Positions 42,869-52,600 of a stretch of 60,229 bases of DNA are shown here, piece after piece. The stretch is from the IMG/VR virus record IMGVR_UViG_3300025101_000003, positions 1-60,229 of that record. One strand, 5' to 3'. Positions within the stretch are counted from its first letter, which is position 1. Every line of letters starts with the position of its first letter. The translations under genes and the position numbers were made by a program. This stretch comes from a virus. Lineage: Duplodnaviria; Caudoviricetes. The notes beneath the pieces were generated by a model, which was not told the DNA's origin, made no database searches, and was given only the letters and a program-made list of their open reading frames with translations.

Positions 42869-45800
42869 ATGCCACTTACCACGAGATTTAATCAAACGAA
42901 GCCTCTATGCACAGCTCAAGGTCGTTACGGCGAGATGATTGTTGTGCAAGGAGACGGAGTTAGACCATTAAGAATATCCAGCCCTACTGTCGCTGTAGAT
43001 GCCGGTATGGATAAACCTGCGTCAGCACCATCATGCGTATTAGACCCGACTGACAACTATTATGTTGCTCGCTGCGATGTGGTTAAGCCGGGAGCCGTGT
43101 ACAGCTCGCCTCCAGAAGTGACTTTTACACCTTCTCCTAGTGCAACACTGGGTAGCGCCACAAAAGCAAAGTCTTACTTAAGCCAATCAACTGTTTCTGA
43201 AGTTCTCGTAGAGTCCGGAGGAAAATATTATCCATCACCGCCTCTAGTGCAGCTAAGTGCTACGCATGGATCTGGTGGCGTAATAGAGGCTGATACAGGC
43301 GCAAGTGACTCCACAGGCGTCAACGAATGGATTGTAGCAGCGACTAATGAAAACGATCCTTCACAAGACAGATTAGATAAAACAAGATATCCGATTCCGC
43401 CAATGAAAATAGGTTTGGAGATAACAGGCAACGGCACCTTCTCTAAGAATATACTTGACTGTATTAACATTGCGTATCCCAAAAGAGGATCAAACAACTA
43501 CTTCACAAAACGAGTGTTTGCAACAGACTCTACGGACTTTAGCGCACCTACCCAGCCAGGATGTGGATCGCAAGCACAGCTAAACTCCTTTCTTGCAGCA
43601 GGGTGGACTGACCAAGTTAAATACAGGGTCAGTGGTTTTACGCCCGGAGCTTCCAAAATAGTCCTTCTTGTTTTTGGAGTAGATTATTTAAGGCGTGGGG
43701 GCTGTGCTGACCTGCATAGCTTCGGTGGTATTGGTGCTTTTCAGTCTGCATACGGAAGCTCGCAGATTGGTGCAATAACTGCCAGAGAAGTTGGTTCTGG
43801 TCACGCGCAAGATGAAATTATTACAGTTGAAATACTTCCAAGCTGGAAAATAGGTCAACCTCTTATCATAGAAGGATTTCCTGTTGGGCATCCAGAGAAC
43901 ACTAAAACAAAAGGCCAGTCGATACGGAAAATGACGATTACTAACAAGGGGTCTGGGTATGTAGTAACACCTCAATTAGAAATCGTTAGCCAAACAGGTT
44001 TTGGCGGATACGCAACATGCACCATAAATAGCAATGGAGAATTAGACACAGTTACGCTAGAGAACAAGGGCGGCAACTATAAGACAGATCCTGAAGTGCG
44101 AATCTTATCTGGAGGCGCAGAAGCTTTTGCAGTTGCTCGACCTCACTTGCGAGGAAAGTACCAGTGCTATTACAGGCATATTGATGACACACCGAAAGAT
44201 AAGGGTGGGCCATTCCCTTCTGTCCTGTCGGATGTCACTGAAGTAGATGCAGGTGAAGCATCGACAAGTATTGCTTGGACAGTACCCGCACCTTCAGGAA
44301 GAGCCAAGAAGATGGAGCTTTGGAGATCAACTAGCAATCAAGCTCTTACTCTTTACAAGGTAGCGACTATAGATGCGCAAGAAGCAGTTTCTATAGCTAG
44401 TATAACTGTTACTGACGGAGGCCTGAATTACACTTCCACGCCTACCGTGACCATAACAGGAGGCAGTCCTTCTAGTAACGCAACTGCGACAGCAACGGTT
44501 GCAGGTGGAGTCGTGACGTCAATCACTATTACGGATGCTGGTTCTGGTTATGTATCTGCTCCAACAGTAACAATTACAGGCGGAGGCGCTATTGCAGATG
44601 CGACAGCAACAGCAACCCTGACAACAGGACTGGCATCAACTGCCACGTTCTTAGACGACCTGACGGATATGGAGCTTAGAGATCCTGACAGAGCTGAATA
44701 TGCAGCAATGCCAATCATATTGCCTAACGGCGAACTAAACGCTCAACGATTCGTTCCTCCGCCAAGCGACAAAAAGGCTGTTGTGAAATTTCAAGACAGA
44801 TATTGGTATGGAGTTGGTGGCAGTAATCCGGACTCCATCTTATTCTCTGAGTTAGATGAGCCAGAGTCCGTTCCAGTAGAGAACGAAGTGATTATTCAAG
44901 AGAACGCGACGAGCACAGATTCCCTGAAGGCAATGATTCCCTTAGGTGGCATGCTGATGCTGATGCAATCACGTCATGCCTACGGTCTTACGTTTTCTAA
45001 GCAGCCGTTACTTGACGCTCAAGTGTCACAAATTGCATACAGGGGGTGCTTGAATCAAAGATGTTTTGATGTCCACGGCGGATTTGCTTATGTCATGGAT
45101 CAGTACGGCGTGTATCAGATTGGTCCATCGGGTGCTACAAAGAACTTGTCGGATGCCATTGACGACCTGTTCAGAAAGGAACTGGACCTTGGCAGAACAG
45201 ACTGGAACTTTGTTCGCATTGACCCAAAGACAAAAACTCTTCGAGCGTTTGCGGTATTTACAAGCGATGGCCTTTCCGTGTTTCCAACTCGTGCGTTGTG
45301 CATGAACTTAGACACGAATGCTTGGTGGATTGAGATGTACCCTCAAAGGATTTCTAGCAGTACATTGACTACATTTAGCAATGGAATGCACGGCGCTTTG
45401 TATGGTGGGCAAGGAGGGACATACGCACTTAATAACGGACCAACTGATGCAGCAAGAGGGAGTATCAGTACAGTCACGTTGACAAACTCTGGTACGGGAT
45501 ACACAAAGCCTCCAAAGGTGACTGTGCAAGGCGGCTTGTCAGGCAAGGTTCAGGCAACAATCTCAAACGACGGAACGCTGTCTGGTCTGTGGATTTTGAA
45601 CCCCGGTCACGGCTACACCAGCGGTACCCTTTCTATTGAAGCACCGAATCGTTCCGGTGGCGTGCAAGCAACTGGGACCTTTACAGCAACATCTTTGACC
45701 CAAGACACAGCACTGGCTCCAACCTTCCGCTATCGAAGTGGTTTTTACGAATTACCTAACGACAGCAACGCAAAGGACGGTGGAACTGACCAAAGCAGAA

Positions 45801-46135
45801 GCATCGCGTTGTCTTATGAACCTCAGGAATCTACGAACGAGGTCAGCGTAAGGACTTATTACAACGGCTCGCAAGTACCTCGACCAAACTTAGTTTCTAG
45901 GGATAGGGGCGATGGCTTTCGGCATAGTGTCGTAGACCCAGCAGCTAGGCTTAACCTTGGTCAAGAGGAAGACTACTCTCCAGACACCGGGGTTGCTGTT
46001 GCTAAATACAGCGGCAAGAGCATGGACGACATGAAAAGCTCAGACCGGCATGTTGCAGTCGGATTAAACGGAGCCCGAGGGAATGGCGAAGAAGTTGTGT
46101 TTTACAAGTTGGACGTTTACGGAGTCGGTGAGTAA
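42869..46135 (+). CDS. Tail nozzle/tubular protein B-like body with inserted GxGY..P.V repeats
   Basis: AGMDKP..AP, ILFSELDEPE, GCL propeller-like segments; about 8 GxGY/PxV repeats. Confidence 0.7.
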   Translation: MPLTTRFNQTKPLCTAQGRYGEMIVVQGDGVRPLRISSPTVAVDAGMDKPASAPSCVLDPTDNYYVARCDVVKPGAVYSSPPEVTFTPSPSATLGSATKAKSYLSQSTVSEVLVESGGKYYPSPPLVQLSATHGSGGVIEADTGASDSTGVNEWIVAATNENDPSQDRLDKTRYPIPPMKIGLEITGNGTFSKNILDCINIAYPKRGSNNYFTKRVFATDSTDFSAPTQPGCGSQAQLNSFLAAGWTDQVKYRVSGFTPGASKIVLLVFGVDYLRRGGCADLHSFGGIGAFQSAYGSSQIGAITAREVGSGHAQDEIITVEILPSWKIGQPLIIEGFPVGHPENTKTKGQSIRKMTITNKGSGYVVTPQLEIVSQTGFGGYATCTINSNGELDTVTLENKGGNYKTDPEVRILSGGAEAFAVARPHLRGKYQCYYRHIDDTPKDKGGPFPSVLSDVTEVDAGEASTSIAWTVPAPSGRAKKMELWRSTSNQALTLYKVATIDAQEAVSIASITVTDGGLNYTSTPTVTITGGSPSSNATATATVAGGVVTSITITDAGSGYVSAPTVTITGGGAIADATATATLTTGLASTATFLDDLTDMELRDPDRAEYAAMPIILPNGELNAQRFVPPPSDKKAVVKFQDRYWYGVGGSNPDSILFSELDEPESVPVENEVIIQENATSTDSLKAMIPLGGMLMLMQSRHAYGLTFSKQPLLDAQVSQIAYRGCLNQRCFDVHGGFAYVMDQYGVYQIGPSGATKNLSDAIDDLFRKELDLGRTDWNFVRIDPKTKTLRAFAVFTSDGLSVFPTRALCMNLDTNAWWIEMYPQRISSSTLTTFSNGMHGALYGGQGGTYALNNGPTDAARGSISTVTLTNSGTGYTKPPKVTVQGGLSGKVQATISNDGTLSGLWILNPGHGYTSGTLSIEAPNRSGGVQATGTFTATSLTQDTALAPTFRYRSGFYELPNDSNAKDGGTDQSRSIALSYEPQESTNEVSVRTYYNGSQVPRPNLVSRDRGDGFRHSVVDPAARLNLGQEEDYSPDTGVAVAKYSGKSMDDMKSSDRHVAVGLNGARGNGEEVVFYKLDVYGVGE

Positions 46136-46896
46136 TGTCTTTCCAAAGTCAACACGGTTCTATAGCTGCCGAGCTTCGCAAGCTTGGAGTGTCTGTTGAT
46201 ACAGCCACAAGACTAGCTACGATACTGGGCAATCCAAATCAAGAGACTCGATCTGGGCCGCAAGTCCAAGACCTAACACCTAAAGCGTTGCGTTACGTTG
46301 ATAGCCAAACAAGAAAGTTGCAGCTTTCTAACTTAGACTTTAACGAGGGTGACCCTGACTTTAGAAGATCTCATGTGAGGCCGGGGCAAGAGGCTGTAAG
46401 ACCAACTCAGATAAGTTCTGTGCAAAGCTCAGTAGCTCCTCAAGCATCAAGTGCAAGCCTTGGTGTTTCCTCAGGAAATTTCACTTCGGTTAAGTCCCAA
46501 GGAGATTCTGTTCAAGTCGGCCTTAACATAAAAGGCAAAGGCAACTTGATGGCAATGAATCAAGGTGGAGACCAGCTGCTTGGCAAAAACCTTCGCGTTG
46601 ACGCACAGTCTCTGCAGGAATCTGGATTGTCTGCCTCGTTGGAGAACTACGGAAATGAAATGGCTATTAAAATGGGAGTTGACCTTCCAAAGTTATCCGA
46701 GGCTATAAGTGGTTCTAATCCTACCAGTGTGCCAAGCCCTGTACCACCAGGAGATGAACCGGGACCTGTACCGGGGCCAAGCGACAATCCGTGCGACACC
46801 AAATCAGACAGGACAACTGTAGTTACAGGAGTTTCTTGCGTCAACGGAAACCTTGTTGTTACTACAGGAACAATCCCAGTACCAAGTTGTAGCTAG
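46135..46896 (+). CDS. Hypothetical virion protein
   Basis: Coupled; Pro-rich C-terminus. Confidence 0.65.
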   Translation: MSFQSQHGSIAAELRKLGVSVDTATRLATILGNPNQETRSGPQVQDLTPKALRYVDSQTRKLQLSNLDFNEGDPDFRRSHVRPGQEAVRPTQISSVQSSVAPQASSASLGVSSGNFTSVKSQGDSVQVGLNIKGKGNLMAMNQGGDQLLGKNLRVDAQSLQESGLSASLENYGNEMAIKMGVDLPKLSEAISGSNPTSVPSPVPPGDEPGPVPGPSDNPCDTKSDRTTVVTGVSCVNGNLVVTTGTIPVPSCS

Positions 46897-46898
46897 AG

Positions 46899-47759
46899 AT
46901 GCCAACAATAAACCTTGGCCCGTGCGCTTGTTGCGGTGCCGTAGATCCTTGTGCTTCAGTTACGTGTCCTTCAGACGACGTGTGCCTAGAAGGTACATGC
47001 TTCCCGCTTCAAGCCTTCTATTGTTGTTACGATGAGACTCCACCTGCGGATGTTTCGTTGCTAGCAGACTTCTTAAGAACAGCAGAGTTTAGTTGTCAAT
47101 TTGGCCCATGCTTCGACGAGAGCTCTTCCACTGGGGGTGGCATAACTTACAATGCACGCAAAGTGAAGGCTGGTCCATTCGTCACAGATATTGAGTGCGA
47201 TGCTGTTTGCCAGAGATTTACTTGCGCGGGATTGCCAAACTATCAGTGCATCCCTGACCCCAATGGCGAATACCCTACAATGGATGAGTGCCGAGAGGCA
47301 TGCAGGGATTTAACGGCATGTCAGCCGGGGCGTGCAGCTGATAGCTTTTCTAGCATAGATTTGTCGTCTGGGTTCGCGCCTAATCCGGGCATCGGAAACT
47401 TAGGCGATAACTTTATCAGCGTGGTTGTTCAGCTTCCTTATGCAGCTGGGCAGGTCAAACTAGATTACCGAGCCTTCAACATACCAGACCGATTTCAGCT
47501 TTGGGGTCCTACCCTCGATGGTCAGAATAACATAATTGCATCGAGAGTAATTAAAGGAGACAGTCAGTATAGGGGCAACGAAAACAGTTTAGGCAGCTGT
47601 CCCGATGACCATACAATTAACATCGAAGGTCCGGGTGAAGGCTATATCATCTGGAACAAACCAGAAGCCGCTTGCTACGTAGAGTTAGCCGTTTTTGCTC
47701 CGTGTGCCGGAACTGCTTGGGATGCTACTTTGACATTCACGGAGAACAGTGCGCCATGA
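46899..47759 (+). CDS. Cysteine-rich protein
   Basis: CACC, CC, ECDAVC, ECREAC repeats. Confidence 0.7.
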   Translation: MPTINLGPCACCGAVDPCASVTCPSDDVCLEGTCFPLQAFYCCYDETPPADVSLLADFLRTAEFSCQFGPCFDESSSTGGGITYNARKVKAGPFVTDIECDAVCQRFTCAGLPNYQCIPDPNGEYPTMDECREACRDLTACQPGRAADSFSSIDLSSGFAPNPGIGNLGDNFISVVVQLPYAAGQVKLDYRAFNIPDRFQLWGPTLDGQNNIIASRVIKGDSQYRGNENSLGSCPDDHTINIEGPGEGYIIWNKPEAACYVELAVFAPCAGTAWDATLTFTENSAP

Positions 47760-48217
47760 AGTTACTGCGTTCACATGTCGAAGGAAGGGCGGATGAGAGG
47801 GGATACGATCCTGAGTGGATTTTGCCGTGCTTCGTGAAGGATCTCGGTGATGGTTATTGGGAGGTTGATGTTGATCACGAGAGGTACCCAAGAAAAAGAA
47901 ATATCGCAGTTAATAAGAACGAAGAAGAGCCTGTCGTGGGAGGCCCTGGCACTGAGCTCAAGAAGCTCTTGGCGTTTGCTGGTATTACCAGTAGCCCGAG
48001 CTGCAAATGCAACGCTAGGGCGAGGACAATGGACGCAATGGAAGCACAATTTCCCGGCTGGTGCAAGAGGAATATGGAGACAATACTAGGTTGGCTCAAA
48101 GAAGAATCGTCCAAGAGAAAACTGCCTTTTATACCTTTTGCTGCAGAACAGGCCGTAAATCTTGCAATCCGGCGTGCGCAAAAAAAGGCGACAAAACACG
48201 GGGGGAAGAGGACATAA
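47756..48217 (+). CDS. Conserved hypothetical protein (GPGTELKKLL...CKC motif)
   Basis: GGAG RBS before ATG 47756; ATGA coupling. Confidence 0.7.
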   Translation: MKLLRSHVEGRADERGYDPEWILPCFVKDLGDGYWEVDVDHERYPRKRNIAVNKNEEEPVVGGPGTELKKLLAFAGITSSPSCKCNARARTMDAMEAQFPGWCKRNMETILGWLKEESSKRKLPFIPFAAEQAVNLAIRRAQKKATKHGGKRT

Positions 48218-48220
48218 AAT
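48198..48220 (+). promoter_or_regulatory. Candidate late promoter motif, copy 3
   Basis: ACGG-N8-GGACATAAAAT before the ejection-protein block. Confidence 0.4.
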
Positions 48221-48231
48221 CATGAGGAGAG

Positions 48232-48507
48232 TTGACAATGATAGGGTTTAATCATCCGGCACTGGCACACCATAGAGACATGGTGAAAGAGACCAATAAG
48301 AAGGTCGGTCAAATTCTTGAGGGAAATGCCGAACGCATAGCTCAGCAAAGACGCCACAACCAAAGAATGCTTGGTGATAAGATGGCAGTGGAAGCTGAAG
48401 AGCGAATAGCAACAAAGAAGATTGAAGCTGACCGGGAGCAGGAACAGGCTAAAAGAAACCTGCTAAAAGGACTTCTTGACAAAGCAGGTATAGAGGTCGA
48501 TGTATGA
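48232..48507 (+). CDS. Small helical protein (putative internal virion protein)
   Basis: GAGGAG RBS. Confidence 0.65.
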   Translation: MTMIGFNHPALAHHRDMVKETNKKVGQILEGNAERIAQQRRHNQRMLGDKMAVEAEERIATKKIEADREQEQAKRNLLKGLLDKAGIEVDV

Positions 48508-48854
48508 ACCTTCTTGGTGGATTGAAACAAAAGCGAAACACCAACGCCGGTCAAGCTGCGTACGGTCGCTCTATGGCTAATAAGGCCAACTTAAATTTAA
48601 CCAAAGAGCAGAACAAGTCAGACTTTTCTGCCAAACAGTTTGCTGCTGACCAAGACGCGAGGATGAAAGAATCGGGTCTTAAAGGCAAGCGATCAACTGA
48701 TCACCAAGGTCTTCGTGTGGATCGTGCTGGATTAGCTAGTCGAAAAGCTGTATTTGATCAGCAAATGAAAGACGCCTACGACTTAATAAACCGAAGGAAG
48801 AAAGTTAATTTCAAGCAAGCTTTAATAAACCAAGCATCAAGGCATTTCACGTAA
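48504..48854 (+). CDS. Small basic protein (putative internal virion protein)
   Basis: Coupled ORF. Confidence 0.65.
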   Translation: MNLLGGLKQKRNTNAGQAAYGRSMANKANLNLTKEQNKSDFSAKQFAADQDARMKESGLKGKRSTDHQGLRVDRAGLASRKAVFDQQMKDAYDLINRRKKVNFKQALINQASRHFT

Positions 48855-49387
48855 TGGCATTAGGAACAGACAACAAGCTCAAAAGTTCCTTAGTATCGCC
48901 TCTTAAGCCCCGCAAGGCCCCGGCGTTAAAAACTAAGGCAACCCCTGCGTTCTCGCCAATGATAAAGTTGGTAGACCAGGGTGCAGTCGATGACGTAAAT
49001 AATAATGTGCTCGCTCAAGCCGCCGGTTCTGGGAGAATGGCTTCAGACAGCATGGCAGGTCGAGGAATGTCTGCGGGGAGAGGTCAGCAGTATAGAGCTG
49101 ATTTAGCCCAAGGATCGGCAGAAGCTGACGCCGCGTTAAAAGCCAATCAAAACAATCAGCAAGCAATGCAGCAAAATAAGTTGAAGCAGCTTGCGTACGA
49201 TTCAGCAATGAAGCAAGAAGACCTAGCCAACCAAGGACTGTTGCAGCAACTTAGGATGGGCAAGTTTGGTGAAAGCCTTGCCAAACAAGGGTTTGCTCAA
49301 GACATGCTTGAAGCAAAACGTCGAGGGCAATTAGCACGCGATCAGATCTACGCCGATTATACGCCATTACTTAAAGGGTTAGCATAG
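48854..49387 (+). CDS. Gln/Ala-rich protein (putative ejection/pilot protein)
   Basis: Composition and position. Confidence 0.6.
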   Translation: MALGTDNKLKSSLVSPLKPRKAPALKTKATPAFSPMIKLVDQGAVDDVNNNVLAQAAGSGRMASDSMAGRGMSAGRGQQYRADLAQGSAEADAALKANQNNQQAMQQNKLKQLAYDSAMKQEDLANQGLLQQLRMGKFGESLAKQGFAQDMLEAKRRGQLARDQIYADYTPLLKGLA

Positions 49388-49680
49388 TGAGTAAAGAAAT
49401 AGACAGCTACGAAGTTGACATTGAGGATCTTCCAAGAAAAGAACTCCTAAAGATGATCCGCAAGATGAAGGCCGGTCGTGTTAGCTCTACAGAGGAAGAG
49501 AAAGAAGAAGACATCAAGAAGTCTGAGGAAGAACGCGAAAAGCTCTCTAAGCTTCGCGAAGAGAAGAAGGGCAAAGCGGATAGCCCTAAGGTCGAGAAAG
49601 ACGACTTGCCAGAAGGCTTTGGCAAGAAGAAAGAAGACGACGAAGATAAAGACGAAGACGACTCAGATAAGGACGACTGA
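49387..49680 (+). CDS. Highly charged Glu/Lys/Asp-rich protein
   Basis: Coupled ORF. Confidence 0.65.
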   Translation: MSKEIDSYEVDIEDLPRKELLKMIRKMKAGRVSSTEEEKEEDIKKSEEEREKLSKLREEKKGKADSPKVEKDDLPEGFGKKKEDDEDKDEDDSDKDD

Positions 49681-52600
49681 TGGCTTCACCAAGTGCTGCC
49701 CGTAAAAGACGGATTCTCAACCGTCTTAAAGACGGAACTCGACAGACAAAGCCTGGGCCAAATGCGCCGAGGCCCAGCCGTCTTCGTGGTATGTCTCAAG
49801 CAAACCGCAGGTCTGTGCTTCGGATGCAGCTGGACAAAATAGCAGACGAGCTCAGCCTACCACGCGATGAGATAGCACAGCTTTTTGATGCCAAGGATGT
49901 CCTTGATTTCTTGGAGGCGTACAACCCCAAAGAAGACATATTTGCTAGAGGCATGCTGCGAGACGACGTAGTTAATTTCCTTAGGGAGGAGATGCTTAAC
50001 TCTCGTAATCAAGACTACACTTCGATGAAGGCGAGGCTTATCAATGCTGAGAAGTCTGCGCCCCAACCAACACGCCCCGGTCAAGACTTAAGCGCAGACC
50101 CTGACTTAGCTGAAGAAGCTATTCAAGGACAGATAGGCGAACCAGCACCAGAGGTTGCACCCGAGCTTAAACAAAAACCTTTAGGTGAAGGCAATGTCAT
50201 GGGCGACCCCGACTTGCCTCCGCGTTCTGGCGAGTCTATTGGGCCGTCTGATAAAAGAAGTCAAGCAAGGACAGCTTCCAACGAAATGCTTGAAGGTCTA
50301 AGGACCAATCAGGAAACGCCACCTGCTGGTACTAGGACGATTGTCCGTGATCCCGATAACGCCATAACTAAGCCAACCGGATCAATCCTGCCTGAAGAAA
50401 TAATAAGAGGCGAAGAGCAGATGCTCCAAGGCCTCCTGAAGCAGCAAGATCAAGGCAAAATACCATTAGGGGAAAGACGTTACGGTCCTATTACAGGGCA
50501 AGAAGGTTCGCGTGTCGTTGAAGGACCTGATGGTCTAGGCGTGTTGCGAGGTGAAGAGCAAGTTGGTGGCAACTTGTATTCTGTTGATGATGGCAACATG
50601 TATATCTTCCAAGATGAAAATGGTGCTTTGTTTAGGTTTGACAACCCAGACGCCGATCCTGTGGAGATAAGCGACCTTGAACTTCGCCGTATGGTTTATG
50701 AGACCGGGGGAAAGGTTGAACCGCAGGGGCAAGCAAGTCTTGCCGAACTTCCTCTTCGCGCTGTAGGCGACCCTAACTCTATAGAGCAACTTGCATCGCA
50801 GCTACCAGAGTTCTTAGACCCTACGTACAAGACCTTGCGTTTACCGGATAACATTAACCTACAAAACCTCCAGCAGTTGATAGAGCAATACGACTTACTG
50901 GTCGAGATTGATCCGGACAACGCCTTGCAAATTATAGCTCGTCAATTTGACGGGGACGCGGATCAAGCAAATCAAGCAATGCGTAACGCCTCTCAAGTCT
51001 TCGATGAGATTACAGAGGCTCGCAGTAGAAGCAGGTTGTTGCCAAGATCCGAAGAAGCTCCTATTACGCCTCAACGCCGGACTCCACCTTCTGATGCCGA
51101 ACTGCAAGCAGCGAACGAGAGGCTTGCTGACAATAAGCAAAAGAAGGAAGATATTGAAATTATTCTTCGGAATGCAGACACTCTCATAAAAGCTGATGAA
51201 CTCAACCAGCTTACTGATGACATGCTTATTGAGTTTGTTGAAAGCAACAGACTTTCTCAGATTGAGTTCGACGAGTCTAATCCTTTTAGCGACCTTGCTT
51301 ACAAGTTAAAGAATGAGGGTGTATCGGCAGGAAGCATAGACACTATTCGGCAAGTCCAGTTAGAAGCTCAGCCAGTTCTTTACGAACTTGACAAGAGTAT
51401 TGCTAGAGACAATCTCTTATTTTCTGGTCCTGACCAGCCGACAGATGCAGAGTTCCTTGGCAACCTGTCTCCAGGAGGGAGACGTTTTACGCCAGATAAT
51501 GAACTTATTCGTATTAAACAGAAGACCCGTTTTGGTGGCGAGGAGACTGGTTTCTTCACTCGGGCTGAACTTGAAGAGACTCTGAAAGCGCTAGAGGTAA
51601 GTGATCTTCCGGATGCTGAAAGCACTGCTCGGGATATTCGCAGACAGATGGGTAATGTTACTACGGTTAGCGACCAGCCTAATCTTCCTGGGGACGCTGC
51701 TGTGCCTCCTCGTTCAACAATGCCTCCTATTCTAGGAAATATAAAAACTTCTATTCGGGAAGCGTTCAGGTCTAGGCAAGCTACTCCTCCACCTATGTTC
51801 ACTAGGGTCCTTGAGGACAGATCAAAAACCCTTAGGGGAATGCCAACTGAAGCTGACATTGCTGACTACAATGCTGCAAAAGCACCGTTGTTAGAGCAAA
51901 ACACGCCAGATGCCCAGAGGCAACTACGAGAACTGGATCAAGATTTTCTCTCAAGGTTTAGTCGTGACGCAGACTCTCTTCCACCTGCGCAGGTAGCAGG
52001 AGAAATTCAACGTCGGACACTGGAGGGAAGCGGACCAGCAACCCAAGAAGTGCTTGAGTCTGAGTTGGGTCTAAAGGACCTGAGCATATACGATCAATAT
52101 CAACGTATTAACCCATTCGTCGATGCACCTGCCGACCTGACTCCACAAGAGTCCCTTGCTAGACAGGCGATACAAGACCAGTTTGGGAATGATGAAAATT
52201 CTTTTAGTAGAGCAATAGAGGCTATCTATGTTGGCAACAAGAACCCAGAACTAGCCAACCAAAGACTAAGAGTTGCCGGTGATATAGAAACTGCTGAAGC
52301 AAGACAACAGTCAGTAGCATCTAAGCGTCCGGGCTTGATCATGCGTCTGCTTGGCCGAAGTCCAGAAAAAGTGGATCGCGTTAGCGGCAAGATTGGTGAT
52401 AAGATAACAGGCCTTAAGAAAGAGGCCGCAGACTTAAATCAACCACTGCTTAGCGTCAATGATGGACTTATTGAGAGAGCAGCAGTATCAGGCGGAAGCG
52501 GTCGGGGTCGTGCTAGAAGAGCAGAGGCTCCGATAGAAGGCGACTCTCTGCCGCCGTTCTCTAAAGAGGAAGCAACAAAAGACATTGACTATGATCCCAA

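Noticed and set aside
50943-50957. QFDGD as a two-barrel RNA polymerase active-site motif
   Set aside because: It lacks the first Asp of DxDGD, and no other polymerase motifs are evident.
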